In this document: one piece after another, positions 1-11,284 of the stretch | Layout: each line of letters starts with the position of its first letter | Numbering within the stretch: position 1 is the stretch's first letter | Source: Pelomyxa schiedti | Lineage: Eukaryota; Protista; Evosea | Assembly: GCA_020536535.1 (NCBI GenBank) | Contig: JAHLWZ010000424.1 | Coordinates: 62,001 to 126,000 of the forward strand | Direction: 5' to 3' | DNA: 64,000 bases | Translations under genes and position numbers: made by a program | The notes under the pieces: generated by a model | The model's input: the letters and a program-made list of their open reading frames with translations, nothing else | The model's database searches: none | Told to the model about the DNA's origin: nothing

Positions 1-11
1 AAATACAGGAA

Positions 12-1244
12 TCACCCACAGAATGGATGGAGGTTGGTATTGTATGCCAGTTGGAAAATGAGGTGGATGAGGTTCAGGGGGATGTGACAGAGTGGTGGGG
101 GTGCCTTCTTCCACCCTATAATCTGTTTTGGGTTTTGATTTGACAAATGAATAGTTATTTTGGGAATGTACAAAGGACTTTATTGCGGTATTCAAGGTGT
201 AAACTGCTCTCAACTCGTGCAATCGCATAGAGGTTGTTGATGTATCATCAAATGGATTGGAAATAACTTAATGCCGTTGGTTAACCTAATGATAGACTGC
301 TAATTACTTGAAAGTTCCCTTAATGCAGGTAATGCGACAATGCGCAGCGGAATCCTTATGATTCTGTTGGCAGAAACTAGCGAATACTGAATAGGAAAAA
401 GTGGTGGTAACTTACAATCTAATTGCTGTAATGATGACATGCCAGTGATACAGGGAGGAATTTCCGTAATTTGATTGCCACCCACTATCGCAGAGTGAGA
501 AAGCCATATTTATGGAAACATGTTACATACAGTACATTTCCTTTAGGCACGTTAGGCAACCTATCTGATTTGATATGCGACAAATACTGTTAGATCTCAC
601 TGTGGACACGATTTGTCGCTGTTACATGTATTGGGGCAATTTTATATTTATTAACAACTTAGAATCCGCACGTTGTAGGACAAGTAATGCAGTAAGTCCA
701 CCTATTGCAGGTGGTATTTCAGTTAAGTTATTGTCAGACACTGGCTTTCGTTAGTCAAAAAATAAAGCTCAGAAGCAACACACAATTTAGGGTTAGAAGT
801 CCGTTTAGGCGGTAGATTTCATTGGGTATGTTGGAAATACGATTATGAGACACTAGAAAGTTCTAAGCAAATTTGTGGATAAGGAAAACATGTACATGTC
901 AGGTGTTGCAATGAAGGTAAACATCCAATTTCAGGAGGAATGCGTGCAATTTTGTTTTTGTACACTTTTTTTTGTTTTTCAAAGTGAGCTGTTGGAAAAA
1001 TGACAGGAAATGCACACAATCCAATGTGTTTAAGGCAGTGAGGTGGCTAATTGCGGAAGGTATTTCAGTAATGTCGCCCGATCGCACTGCCCAGCAACAA
1101 ATTAAGGGACAGCCAGTCGACTTTAAAAGATGAACACAAAGGAGAAAAACCGCAGAGAGTAGTCTTGGGAGTTGGACTATTTGCGTTGTACTTTCTCATT
1201 GTCGCTATTGTCTTTGCAAACAACCCATCTCCGGTCTTCATCAT
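12..1244 (-). CDS. Leucine-rich repeat protein (7 LRRs) with a C-terminal helical LP..L+H.I motif; 10 exons
   Basis: Spliced by hand: first exon 1244-1151, seven 69-nt exons each encoding one LRR (e.g. LGGNQITEIPPCITGMSSLQQLD), GT-AG phase-1 introns, last exon 122-12 IIGWKKAPPPLCHIPLNLIHLIFQLAY...stop. The start ATG is a best guess. Confidence 0.8.
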
Positions 1245-1381
1245 CTGTGATTTTATTTGCAGACAATTATCAACAGACGGTCGTTCCCAGAACTCAGAAG
1301 GCGGCGCGCAAGCAAACAACACTTTCGATGACGGCGACGCTCCCAATGAGTCAAGAACAAAACGAAAAGAAAGCTGCGTGA

Positions 1382-4180
1382 ATGGAGCAAGGTGGCGACG
1401 ACCTCGGCGCGGACGACAACGAGCACGACGGCCCCGACGAGGACGCGGGGCGAGGCCTCCTGCCCCCCGGGCTCCTGAGGAGGATCAACTCGACGGTCCG
1501 GCGCACCTCACGCATGGCAGAAATCACCTCGGCCCTGCAGCGCAGGGCGCAGGGGGCGGCGTCCGAGTCGGAGAAGCAGGCGGTCGTGGCCGAGGGGGCG
1601 GGGATGCTGAGGGCGGCCGGCGGCCTGCTGGCCAGGGTCCAGGACCACCTGCTCGACCTGCTGGAGCCGCTGCCCGACGGCGTCCCCGTGATCGACGGGC
1701 TCTCCGAGCTGCAGAGGATCACCGCCGTGTCGCGCATGTTTTCGAGCCATATAAGGGGTCACTTTGGCGGCGCAACGGAATTATGGCACGTGATGAGCAG
1801 CAGGCCGTGGTTGCATGTATCGCAAAGTGCTGATAATGATAGAGGAGGAGGAGGAGGAGGAGTGGCAGGTGGGATAGGAAAAGGCAAGGGGAGGAGGAGG
1901 AGGAGGAGATACTACGACATGGTGGTGTGTGCGTGTGTGCTGGACACGGTGAGGTCTATCATTTCCGAGTTCGAGGTTCTGAGTGACTTGGTGCCTGGGA
2001 CGGTGGGGCCGTTCTTTGGCAGGTTGGTTGAGCTGGCTTGCCTCACTGACCCTGGCGCCGAGAACGAGAAGGCATGGGCGATGGAAATCCTGCTGAACGT
2101 GGCGTGGGTTCCCAACTGCCGACGTTTGTTCGTTCCGTTTGAGCACCAACTGCGTCTTACTGCCACACCGATGCCCGAATCGTCGGTCTTCGACCGCTGG
2201 GTACCGGGCCCCATTGCGCTGCGGTTGCTTGTGCCACAGCTGGTTCAGGCACCATCACCCCGCATGTACAACGAAATACTCACGTGCTTTGCGAACCTGG
2301 GGCCTGTTCTGCCACAGTTTGTCGATGATCTCTGTGACACTTTTGTGTCTCAAGTTGCCAAAGTCAGTGAAATCTGCCCAAAGACGCACTTCATGCTCGA
2401 TTGGCTGTCTGGATGGGACACGTTGGCAATTCACTCCTCGAAGGACGTTGTGGAATTCCTCCAAAATAGCAATGTGACATCTCGAATCACATCTGCGCTG
2501 CTCCAGTATTGTGAAAGGGTTTCCCTGAAAGAATCCCACACAGAGTTCAACTTGACCAGTTGCGAATTCATTGAGAGGATTCTTTCCAAGTTGAGCATGT
2601 TGTGCTTTGTCGATCCAATGAACGGGCACAAGGTGATTCTTCAGTTCATCAAAAACCACATCAAAAGAAAGAACCAGAACCTCAAAGCAATCTCATCATT
2701 GCTGATCATTCCAGTGATTTTGACAGGTGGTTCCGTTGACGAGAGCATCGTGATGCAGGCTCTCACGAGTGCCACAGCTGATGATGCTCCACGCATCCTC
2801 CAGATTATGTTCTCTCTGAGGCAAGTGTTCGTGAGGCTGAGTCACAGTTCCGTTGCGTGTCTGTTTGAGAAAGCGCTTGAAAGGCACAGACGTGGGTTTG
2901 ATGGTTTCCTGTTTCAGATGTTGAAGTTCTGTGCTGTTCAAATCAGAGACCTCCCTCAGTTTGGAGATTCCCTTCTGGAGTTGGCAAGTAACTCTGATCA
3001 AGAAGAACCCAAATCACGAAAGCGATCGATGGACAGCAGGGTTACAAGCACCTTCCAAGAACTTGTGATTTATTCTAGTCCTGCGATGTACGGTGTTGGG
3101 AGGAGGAAGGAGTCACAGTTCCAGATGAGGATACTCTCTGTTACTTTGGACCATGAATCCATTTTCACCTCTTTGATTTTGGTTGCTTCATCAGCACCGT
3201 CCTCAATGAAACGTTCTTCTGTTGTGCAATTGCTAGAAGAGCATATTTTTGCGAAGGAATCTTCAGGTTACTCACGCTTGAACCGATTCATTGAATCATG
3301 CTTCTACTCCCAGGCGCAATGTGTATCTAAGGAGAATGAACAGTTCATTCTGTCACTTTTGAAGCGCATCACCAACAGGAGTGCATTCATGCAAGAAGTC
3401 CTTGACAAGTGCCAGTCTGACAACCAAAGTTGGGCACTGCCTTTATTGAAAGCACTTCTGATCTACGAGTTGTTGCTTGTACCAGGACAACCAAGGAAGC
3501 TACCATCTGCACTTGCACCCCCTAATTTCAAGGATGATGGTAAGGAGAGAAGACAAGAAGTACAACTTTTCAGAAAAAGCCTTTCCCTGGTCATGACTTG
3601 GCTGTTGGTGGAAAAGAACACACATCTTGAGGTTGACTCGGACAAGAAGCTGGTCACTTTTTGCGAAATTGAGCCGGCAGTCATGAAGTTTGCAGTACAG
3701 GGAGGTGACTTCCGTCTGGTTAAAAATCTCCTCCAATTCTGCATGCCAGGACAAATTCCATCAGACCTCATTGTTGATGCTGTAGAATGTGGATTCCGTG
3801 ATATTGCAGAGCTGCTATTGTGCAACGGTGTTTCCATTCCAGAAGAAATGAAGACTTCACTTAAAATACAAGGAGAGATGGTTGACACTGGACGCAGGAG
3901 CCTGGCACGGTTCTTCAACAGGACACCGACGTGGGACCCACAGCAACACCAGATGTTCCCGTGGTGGTTCAAGGTGAGAATCCTGAGAACTGTCCTCCTC
4001 TGTTGGCTCAGAAACGCCACCATGTCATTATCAAAAGCTGGTCAGGAACAGCAGCGACCGGACTTGGGGGAAAAATCAGCAGAGCATAAGGGGCACGATT
4101 CACCACATCAGATTGGGACACTGCCAGAGGCCACTGTGCACCACATCCTCCTGTTCCTTTCCCCTGTCCACTGGTTCTGA
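1382..4180 (+). CDS. Intronless 932-aa hypothetical helical protein with degenerate C-terminal ankyrin-like repeats and a WDPQQHQMFP...LP..VHHIL motif
   Basis: Long uninterrupted ORF; ankyrin-like segments AVMKFAVQGGDFRLVKNLL and LIVDAVECGFRDIAELLLCNG; clear paralog of 8432-11146. Confidence 0.85.
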   Translation: MEQGGDDLGADDNEHDGPDEDAGRGLLPPGLLRRINSTVRRTSRMAEITSALQRRAQGAASESEKQAVVAEGAGMLRAAGGLLARVQDHLLDLLEPLPDGVPVIDGLSELQRITAVSRMFSSHIRGHFGGATELWHVMSSRPWLHVSQSADNDRGGGGGGVAGGIGKGKGRRRRRRYYDMVVCACVLDTVRSIISEFEVLSDLVPGTVGPFFGRLVELACLTDPGAENEKAWAMEILLNVAWVPNCRRLFVPFEHQLRLTATPMPESSVFDRWVPGPIALRLLVPQLVQAPSPRMYNEILTCFANLGPVLPQFVDDLCDTFVSQVAKVSEICPKTHFMLDWLSGWDTLAIHSSKDVVEFLQNSNVTSRITSALLQYCERVSLKESHTEFNLTSCEFIERILSKLSMLCFVDPMNGHKVILQFIKNHIKRKNQNLKAISSLLIIPVILTGGSVDESIVMQALTSATADDAPRILQIMFSLRQVFVRLSHSSVACLFEKALERHRRGFDGFLFQMLKFCAVQIRDLPQFGDSLLELASNSDQEEPKSRKRSMDSRVTSTFQELVIYSSPAMYGVGRRKESQFQMRILSVTLDHESIFTSLILVASSAPSSMKRSSVVQLLEEHIFAKESSGYSRLNRFIESCFYSQAQCVSKENEQFILSLLKRITNRSAFMQEVLDKCQSDNQSWALPLLKALLIYELLLVPGQPRKLPSALAPPNFKDDGKERRQEVQLFRKSLSLVMTWLLVEKNTHLEVDSDKKLVTFCEIEPAVMKFAVQGGDFRLVKNLLQFCMPGQIPSDLIVDAVECGFRDIAELLLCNGVSIPEEMKTSLKIQGEMVDTGRRSLARFFNRTPTWDPQQHQMFPWWFKVRILRTVLLCWLRNATMSLSKAGQEQQRPDLGEKSAEHKGHDSPHQIGTLPEATVHHILLFLSPVHWF

Positions 4181-4365
4181 TTCTCTCACTTCACCACAAT
4201 AACACGTTTGGTTTTCAATCCTCTCGCCACCAAAAAAAACATTGCCCTCTCCAACTTGGAAAACTTTCGTCGTGTCCATTGACTGGGCGTTTGATTGCCC
4301 CAACGTCTAAACAAATTCCCCCTGGGGAACAACGACCAAGCCCCGCACACACACAACAATAAGGA

Positions 4366-7300
4366 ATGGGGAACAGCAACAGCTCCAGCAGGGCGTCGGC
4401 GTCGGGGTCAGGGTCAGGTACAAGAGTGACAGCCCCGGCGGTGTTCCCACCACCATCACCCAACAGCAACAGCAACAGCAACAGCAGCCCACAGTCCCTC
4501 GCTGCGTCCGCGTCTGTGGGGCGGACCAGGCGCAGCGTCGTCGTGGGGTACGAGGCCTTCCAGCGGGCCGTGGCAGACAGAGCCGCGTTCTTCACCAAGA
4601 TGGCGAAGTCTACCTCCATTTCCGATGTGCAAAGCTCATCGAGCAGCCTGCTGGTCGCCAACAACTTCAAGCTAGTGAGGCCGATTGCGCACGGGTGCAA
4701 CGGTGCGCATATTGTGCAACTTTTCACGGCAACACTAAAGCTTCTTCCCCACGGCTAATAAGCATTCTTAAGGAATTGTGTATGAAGTGAAGTGCACAGG
4801 GGAGGGACACCCTGCCTTGTTCAGCGACCAGTCTTATGTACTCAAAGTTCCTTTTAACTATGGTATAACCACCAGGAGTGTTCATAATGCCTTTGAGGTA
4901 CTGGAATGGTTTTTATTTCGTTTACCATGCTTATGATTGGTTTTTAAGAATGAGTACCTCATGGCCTCAACTTTGGAGCCACACGCAAATATAAATCAAT
5001 ACTTCTGTCACTTCACAGACCGAATCCCAGAAGAGTATTACGAATACCTCCCGTCCGTGGCCAAGGAGTTAACATTTGACCCAGTGCGGAAGAGGCTTCA
5101 TGCGTGTATTTGGGTTGTGTTTGAGCATCATGCAGAGACTCTGGAGCAATTTTTAAGAGAGCTCAACACTACTCCCGAAACTACTGCAATACCCTGGCCC
5201 ATCGTTCACAAGTATTCCAGGGACATTTGTGCCGCTCTTGTGCATCTTTTCAAGAATGACACAATTCACTTTGATATTAAGTTGGATAACATTGTCATTT
5301 CTTCCGTGCGTTGTATTTCCAAATTCTACTTGCTACATAACAAAAAAAAAAAAAACCAGAATAAAGAGCAAGCAATTTTGATTGACCTTGGTTGCGCTAC
5401 AAAATTTGCCAAGACAGATAGTGGGTCATTTGATATTGAAACAGCATCTCTTGTTTCAGTTCAAGGAAACCAAAGTCACAGAGCACCGGAGATTATCAAT
5501 GGAATTGCACGGTACAAGCAGACTCCAGATCGCTCTTCGATATTGCATTGTGACAAGGTGTGAGTCTATGCAAAATAGCAGTCTCATCTGAAATATGTGA
5601 AAATAACTCAATTTACTTGTTACTTACTCCATCAAAACAGCAACCATCATTTGAACTTGGGTGTATTTTATTTGAACTTGCCATGTGTGGACAGCATCCA
5701 CTGCCTGGATATCCTGGCGGTTATGGACCAAGTGGGCAGATCACATTTTCATTTGACAGCGAGGAACAGTTCCCCATCAAGACACCAGATTTCCCAAAGG
5801 AGTTCTGCACCCTTGTTCGTGCATTGCTTCAGTGTGACCCAGAGAAGAGGATGCCCCTTATGGAAGCGTCTGAGGTGCTTTCAAACATTGAATCGCCAAG
5901 TCCTTTTGAACTCCTTTCATTTTACTCGTGTGTTGTCACAAATGATGCAGGTAGGGAGTAAAGCCAAAGCAAAAACAAGAGCATTCTCTTAATCAATTTA
6001 GGAGCACTGACAACCAAGGCAGCATGTCAGATTCTTTGTGGCTCTGCAAGAGACTGTGCGGACACTCTTTACAAATCACTGGAATGTGAACAATTGTTTT
6101 CGCCAGCTTTATTGCTTCTCCATTATCTCAACTCTTGTTCTGTCGTAGCTTCTGGTCGTCATCAACATGGAATTCACGCATCCCTCACCGGCAAGAGGGC
6201 TTCGTTCACACCCGCAGACGTAGAATTTATAAGAGCCATCATCAACAAGCGCCACAGAGCCACGCTTCCCGAAATAATTGTTACCGCATTGTGGACAAGA
6301 CACATTTCCCACGACGTTGAAACTTACCGCAATGTCACTCAGGCACTTTTGAAGAAGGTCCCCGCAGCAGCAATTAGGCAACAGCCAGAGTCACTAATTC
6401 AGGCAACCCCTTTTTCTGCCCTGACCTCTCTCTTTTTGAGGAATGTTATTTACTCACGAAACGAGATGATAATGGAAGCACTTTTCCAGTTGGAGGCAGG
6501 GAACATTGACTCTGCTCTTAGCCTTGTTTCAGAAGCTCAATCCCTGTTTGACTGTGAGCTAAGTTACATCAACCGTGTGTGAATGCATTTCATTTATTTC
6601 GAATAACCAAATGAAACCCAGCAAAAGAGGGAAAGAAGCCACAAGCACAGCATTGCTGGTACCTTCCTGGATTGCTGTTTATGAATATTCTCTGCTGCGT
6701 ACTCAATGATAATGCTGCCTTGCGTAAGCACATCCCAGCAAACCTGTCATTGGCTTTCTCTCGTGCCCTCAACTCCTCCGCGCAGGAGTTGAGGGACTAT
6801 TGTTTGAATGTGTGGAACACGCAAGGTGCACCAAGTGGAGAGATATGGAACAACAAAACGGAGGCCGTTGCCGAGTGGTCCGACCTTCGCGAAATGGCAT
6901 TTGCAGGCCAAGTTAAGCAATCATCCAGTGCTGAACCCCACCTACAACCATGGGCCTGCATGTATTTTACTGCTTTGTGGGAGACTTTCTGTCCGGGAAA
7001 CCAATGTACTCTAGGTGCATCACTTTATTGGATTGAGCTGAGTTCTAAGATGCCGGCGAAAGGGGCTCTAACTCCTATTGGACAAATTCTCTGGCCGGCC
7101 TCCTCTCTGTCACGTCTTGGTATATGTTTTAACTATGGAATTGGAAGCGTTGCAAAGGACATCAACAAAGCAGTGTCATTTTACAAGACCGCTTCTGCTG
7201 CTGGAGATGCAAGGGCAATGTGCAACCTTGGTGCATGCTACGAAAATGGAACTGGTGTTGGTAGGGACGTCATCCAAGCAGCTTCTCTTTACCAGAAGGC

Positions 7301-8204
7301 TGCGGATGCCGGAAATGCAAATGCAATGTTCATCCTTGGCACCTGCTTTGAGAATGGCACTGGTGTTGAGAAAGACATCCAAAAGGCTGTGGCGAATTAT
7401 CAGAGGGCTGCTAGTGCTGGTAATGTCAGGGCTATGTGCTCCCTTGGGGTGTGCTATCAGAATGGCACTGGAATTATCAAAAACGTCAGCAAAGCAGCTT
7501 CACTTTACCAGAGGGCCGCTGATGCCGGTGACCCTAGTGCCACGTTCAATCTTGGTTTGTGTTATGACAATGGCACTGGTGTTGTCAAGGACTCCAGCAA
7601 GGCAGCTTCACTTTACCAGCGGGCCGCTGATGCCGGCAACTCCAGGGCTATGTGCAACCTCGGAGTATGTTATGAATATGGCACCGGTGTTTTCAAGGTA
7701 ATCAACAAAGCGGTGTCACTCTACCAGCGGGCTGCTGATGCCGGTGAGCCTAGGGCAATGGGTAACCTCGGTGTATGCTACGAGAATGGCACCGGAGTAG
7801 AAAAGGACCTGAGTAAAGCAGTGTCATTTTACAAGAAGGCTGCTGATGCCGGTGATATCCGAGCTATGTGCAGCCTTGGAATGTGTTACAAGAATGGAAC
7901 TGGAGTTGTAAAGAACTTCAGGCTAGCGGTTGGATTTTTACAGAAGGCCGCTGACGCTGGCGACCCAAGGGCTATGAGTAATCTTGGCGCGTGTTATGAT
8001 TACGGGACCGGGGTTCCTGAGGACCTCTACAAGGCCGTGAGCTTCTATAAGAGGGCTGCCAATTTAGGCAACAAATATGCCATTGACCGCCTGGGAATTA
8101 TATACAAAGTCTCTGCAGTACAGGCAAAGAAAAGAAAATGGGTAAGCACGCATTTCTGCTTTCACTTATTGACTATGACTGTGTAGTTCTTTTGGGGAGC
8201 CTGA
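4366..8204 (+). CDS. Predicted N-myristoylated PINK1-like protein kinase fused to 9 SEL1 repeats (multi-exon)
   Basis: MGNSNSS start; spliced kinase motifs PIAHGCNGIVY, VLKVPFNY, PHANINQYFCHFTDRIP, IHFDIKLDN, ILIDLG, GNQSHRAPEI; 36-aa SEL1 repeats at about 7105-8100; introns include 4703-4772 and 5306-5359; last exon 8187-8204. Confidence 0.85.
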
Positions 8205-8431
8205 CCAAGAACCGCATTTGTGTATTGTAATTAATATTCTAGAAAGCTTAGAATTACAGCTTTCATTCATAATTCTAAACCTTCTAGCCTTACTATGTGA
8301 GGAAAAAAAAAAAAGTTATCTGGGTGTTGTGAGCTAGCGACAGGATGCTGGAAGAAACGGTGAGAGGTTGCTCAGGCCTGAAGTTCAGATTCTCTCTACA
8401 GGGCACATAGAACCAGGACCTCTTCTGCTCC

Positions 8432-8914
8432 ATGATGGCAAATGTGTGGGTCCCAATCTTTGCTCTGAAAGTCAGACATGTTCAATGCATCCCATCCATC
8501 AAAACAGGCGAAATGGACGAAGATGAACGGGACCGTGAGGCCATGGGCTTGCGGGCCGGTAAAGTGGCCCTCAAACGTATTCATGCCGAAATAGCATCTC
8601 TTACCGCCGAATTCGTCGCCCCAACAAACAAGGGGTATGGCCAGCCGGACACCAAAGAGGCCCTGGCGGCCACGATCTCCCGCCTCACAGCCGCGGCCTC
8701 GGCCAAGTCCGCGGACCTGGCGGAGCGCCAGGCCCGCCTCGAGTCGGCCCTCGTGTCGGCCCACCTCGAGCCACCCGGCGCCGCCGACACACCCGCCCCG
8801 TACGCGTCCGCCTGGGAGGCACGGTACTACGGCATGCAGGAATTCTGGCACACCAGGCGGTGCCTGGGCTACAGCCCCATGGAGGCCTTGGCCCCATTAC
8901 ACGGCAGACCAGAG

Positions 8915-8950
<36 letters not shown>

Positions 8951-11146
8951 ACAGCGATCGCAGGCGCGGGGAGGGGGGAGGGGGGTGAAAACGGGCCTGG
9001 GGGGCACTGGGACATGGTCGTGTGTGCCGCGGCGTACTCCATCGCGGGGTCCCTGGTGTCTGAGTTCGAGGTGCTCGTGGAGGATGTGCCTGGGTGCCTG
9101 GGCCCGTTCTTTGGCAGGCTGCTCGCCATGGGCGCGAGGGACGAGACCCTGAGCTGGACTTGCTACTCTGCCCCAGTGTGTATCTTGAAACACCTGATGT
9201 GGCTCCCGAACTGCAGGCCCTTGTTTGTTCGCTTCGAGAAGCAGCTGCGGGCTTTCGTTCAGCATGAAAATCAGTACACGAAGAAAGAACTCCTCACGTG
9301 TTGTGTGAACCTGGGTCCGGTTTTGCCCAGTTTCGTCAACAGTCTCTGTGACACCTTATGCTCCCTGATTGCCGGCATCACGGCACCAAGTAAAGAACTG
9401 AATCACTTATTGCGTTGGCTGAATGGATGGGACACATTGCCTCTTCAGGCCCCAAAGGATGTTGTTGAGTTCATCAAACAGAACAGTGTGACATGTCGAA
9501 TCACCTCTGCACTGCTCAAGGCTTGGGAGAAGTTTGACCTGAGAGAATCAGAGCTGTCCCGATTAATTGAGAGGATTCTTTCCAAGTTTTGCATGCTGTG
9601 CTTTGTCGACCCACTGAACGGGCACAAGGTGATTCTTCAGTTCATCAAAAGCAACATCGAAAGAAAGAACCAGAAGAACGTCAAGGCAATCTCATCATTG
9701 CTGATCATTCCAGTGATTTTGACAGGTGGTTCCGTTGACGAGAGCATCGTGATGCAGGCTCTCACGAGTGCCACAGCTGATGATGCTCCACGCATCCTCC
9801 AGATTCTGTTCTCTCTGAGGCAAGTGTTCGTGAGGCTGAGCCACAGTTCCGTTGTGTGTCTGTTTGAGAAAGTGCTTGAAAGGCACAGACGTGGGTTTGA
9901 TGGTTTCCTGTTTCAGATGTTGAAGTTCTGTGCTGTTCAAATCAGAGACCTTCCTCAGTTTGCAACTGTAGTTGGGACATGGGAACAGTGCCAGAACAGC
10001 AGAAATAGGAATGTGCTATTTGAAGAGGTTAGACATAGTGTCTGTGAACTTGAGATATATTCCTGTCCCCTGGATTTTGGTCCCAAAAGGCATGAATCCC
10101 AGTTTGTAATGAGACAACAAGTTGTTCACGTGGGTCCAGAATGCATCACTGACTGCTTGCTTCTGGTGGCATTCTCATTGCCCCAGATTAACTCCCCTTC
10201 TCTTCTCGCACACCTTGCCAGATTACTGAAATCGTGCTGCCAGTTATCACGGCCCATGATTACGCACAACGAAGCAGTTATCATAGACATTCTGAAGCGC
10301 ATTCCAGACAGAAGGGCATTCATTGCTGACATTCTGGATGCATGTCGGTCCAGCAAACCAAAAAGGTACTTTGCACTGCTGAGAGCAGTCCTTATCAGCG
10401 AACTGCAACCACTGGTCCCATCAGAACCAAGGAAGCTGCCACCTACACTTGTATCTTCCCTATTTCCCAGTGAATCTTTTGATGAGAAAAGGCGAGAAGT
10501 GCTGCAATGTACCGAAATTTCCCGGAGCCTTGATACCGTACTGAAATACTTGCTGACATCCGATAGACGCGATTACGATCAGGACACATTGAAGAAGCTG
10601 GTAATGCTGTGTCACATTGACCCATCAGTGATAACCATTAAACAATCAGAGTTCGACAACACTACCACTACCGTGATGGAGAGCGCCGTTCTGAGGGGCA
10701 AATTCACTCTTGTGCAGTATCTCCTGGCATTCTGTGAACCGGGACGCATTCCTCCCAGCCTCATGGTTGAAGCCGTGAGATCCGGGTTCCCTGACATTGC
10801 AGAGTTGCTGCTGTGCCACGGTGTTGCCATCCCCGAGCCGCTGAGGGATGAGGAGCACTCTGTGAGAATAAGAGGACAGAAGGTTGACACTGGACACAGG
10901 AGCCTGGCACGGCTCTTCAACAGGACACCAACGTGGGACCCACAGCAACACCAGATGTTCCCGTGGTGGTTCAAGGTGAGAATCCTGAGAACTGTCCTCC
11001 TCTGTTGGCTCAGAAACACCACCATCACTATTACCGCTTATTCTGACCAGCAATCCTTGCCACCAGAACGCCACCCGATTGGGACACTACCTCATGCCAC
11101 TGCCCACCATGTACTTTCCTTCCTTTCCCCTGTCCACTGGTTCTGA
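8432..11146 (+). CDS. Intronless ~880-904-aa paralog of 1382-4180 (true start possibly 8513)
   Basis: Uninterrupted ORF, collinear similarity to 1382-4180 including near-identical DNA blocks; (AGCAAC)n gives an ATAT run near 8915-8950. Confidence 0.85.
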
Positions 11147-11284
11147 TTCCATAATTCAGATGTCCCCACCCATCACTTTTCCTACTACCCAACTTTTTTG
11201 TTGTTTTCAAAAAAGAAAAGTGGGGAAGTTGCAAGTGGGTTTAATAAACAAGGGTTGGTGTTTTTTTAACTGACTAGTGTAACA

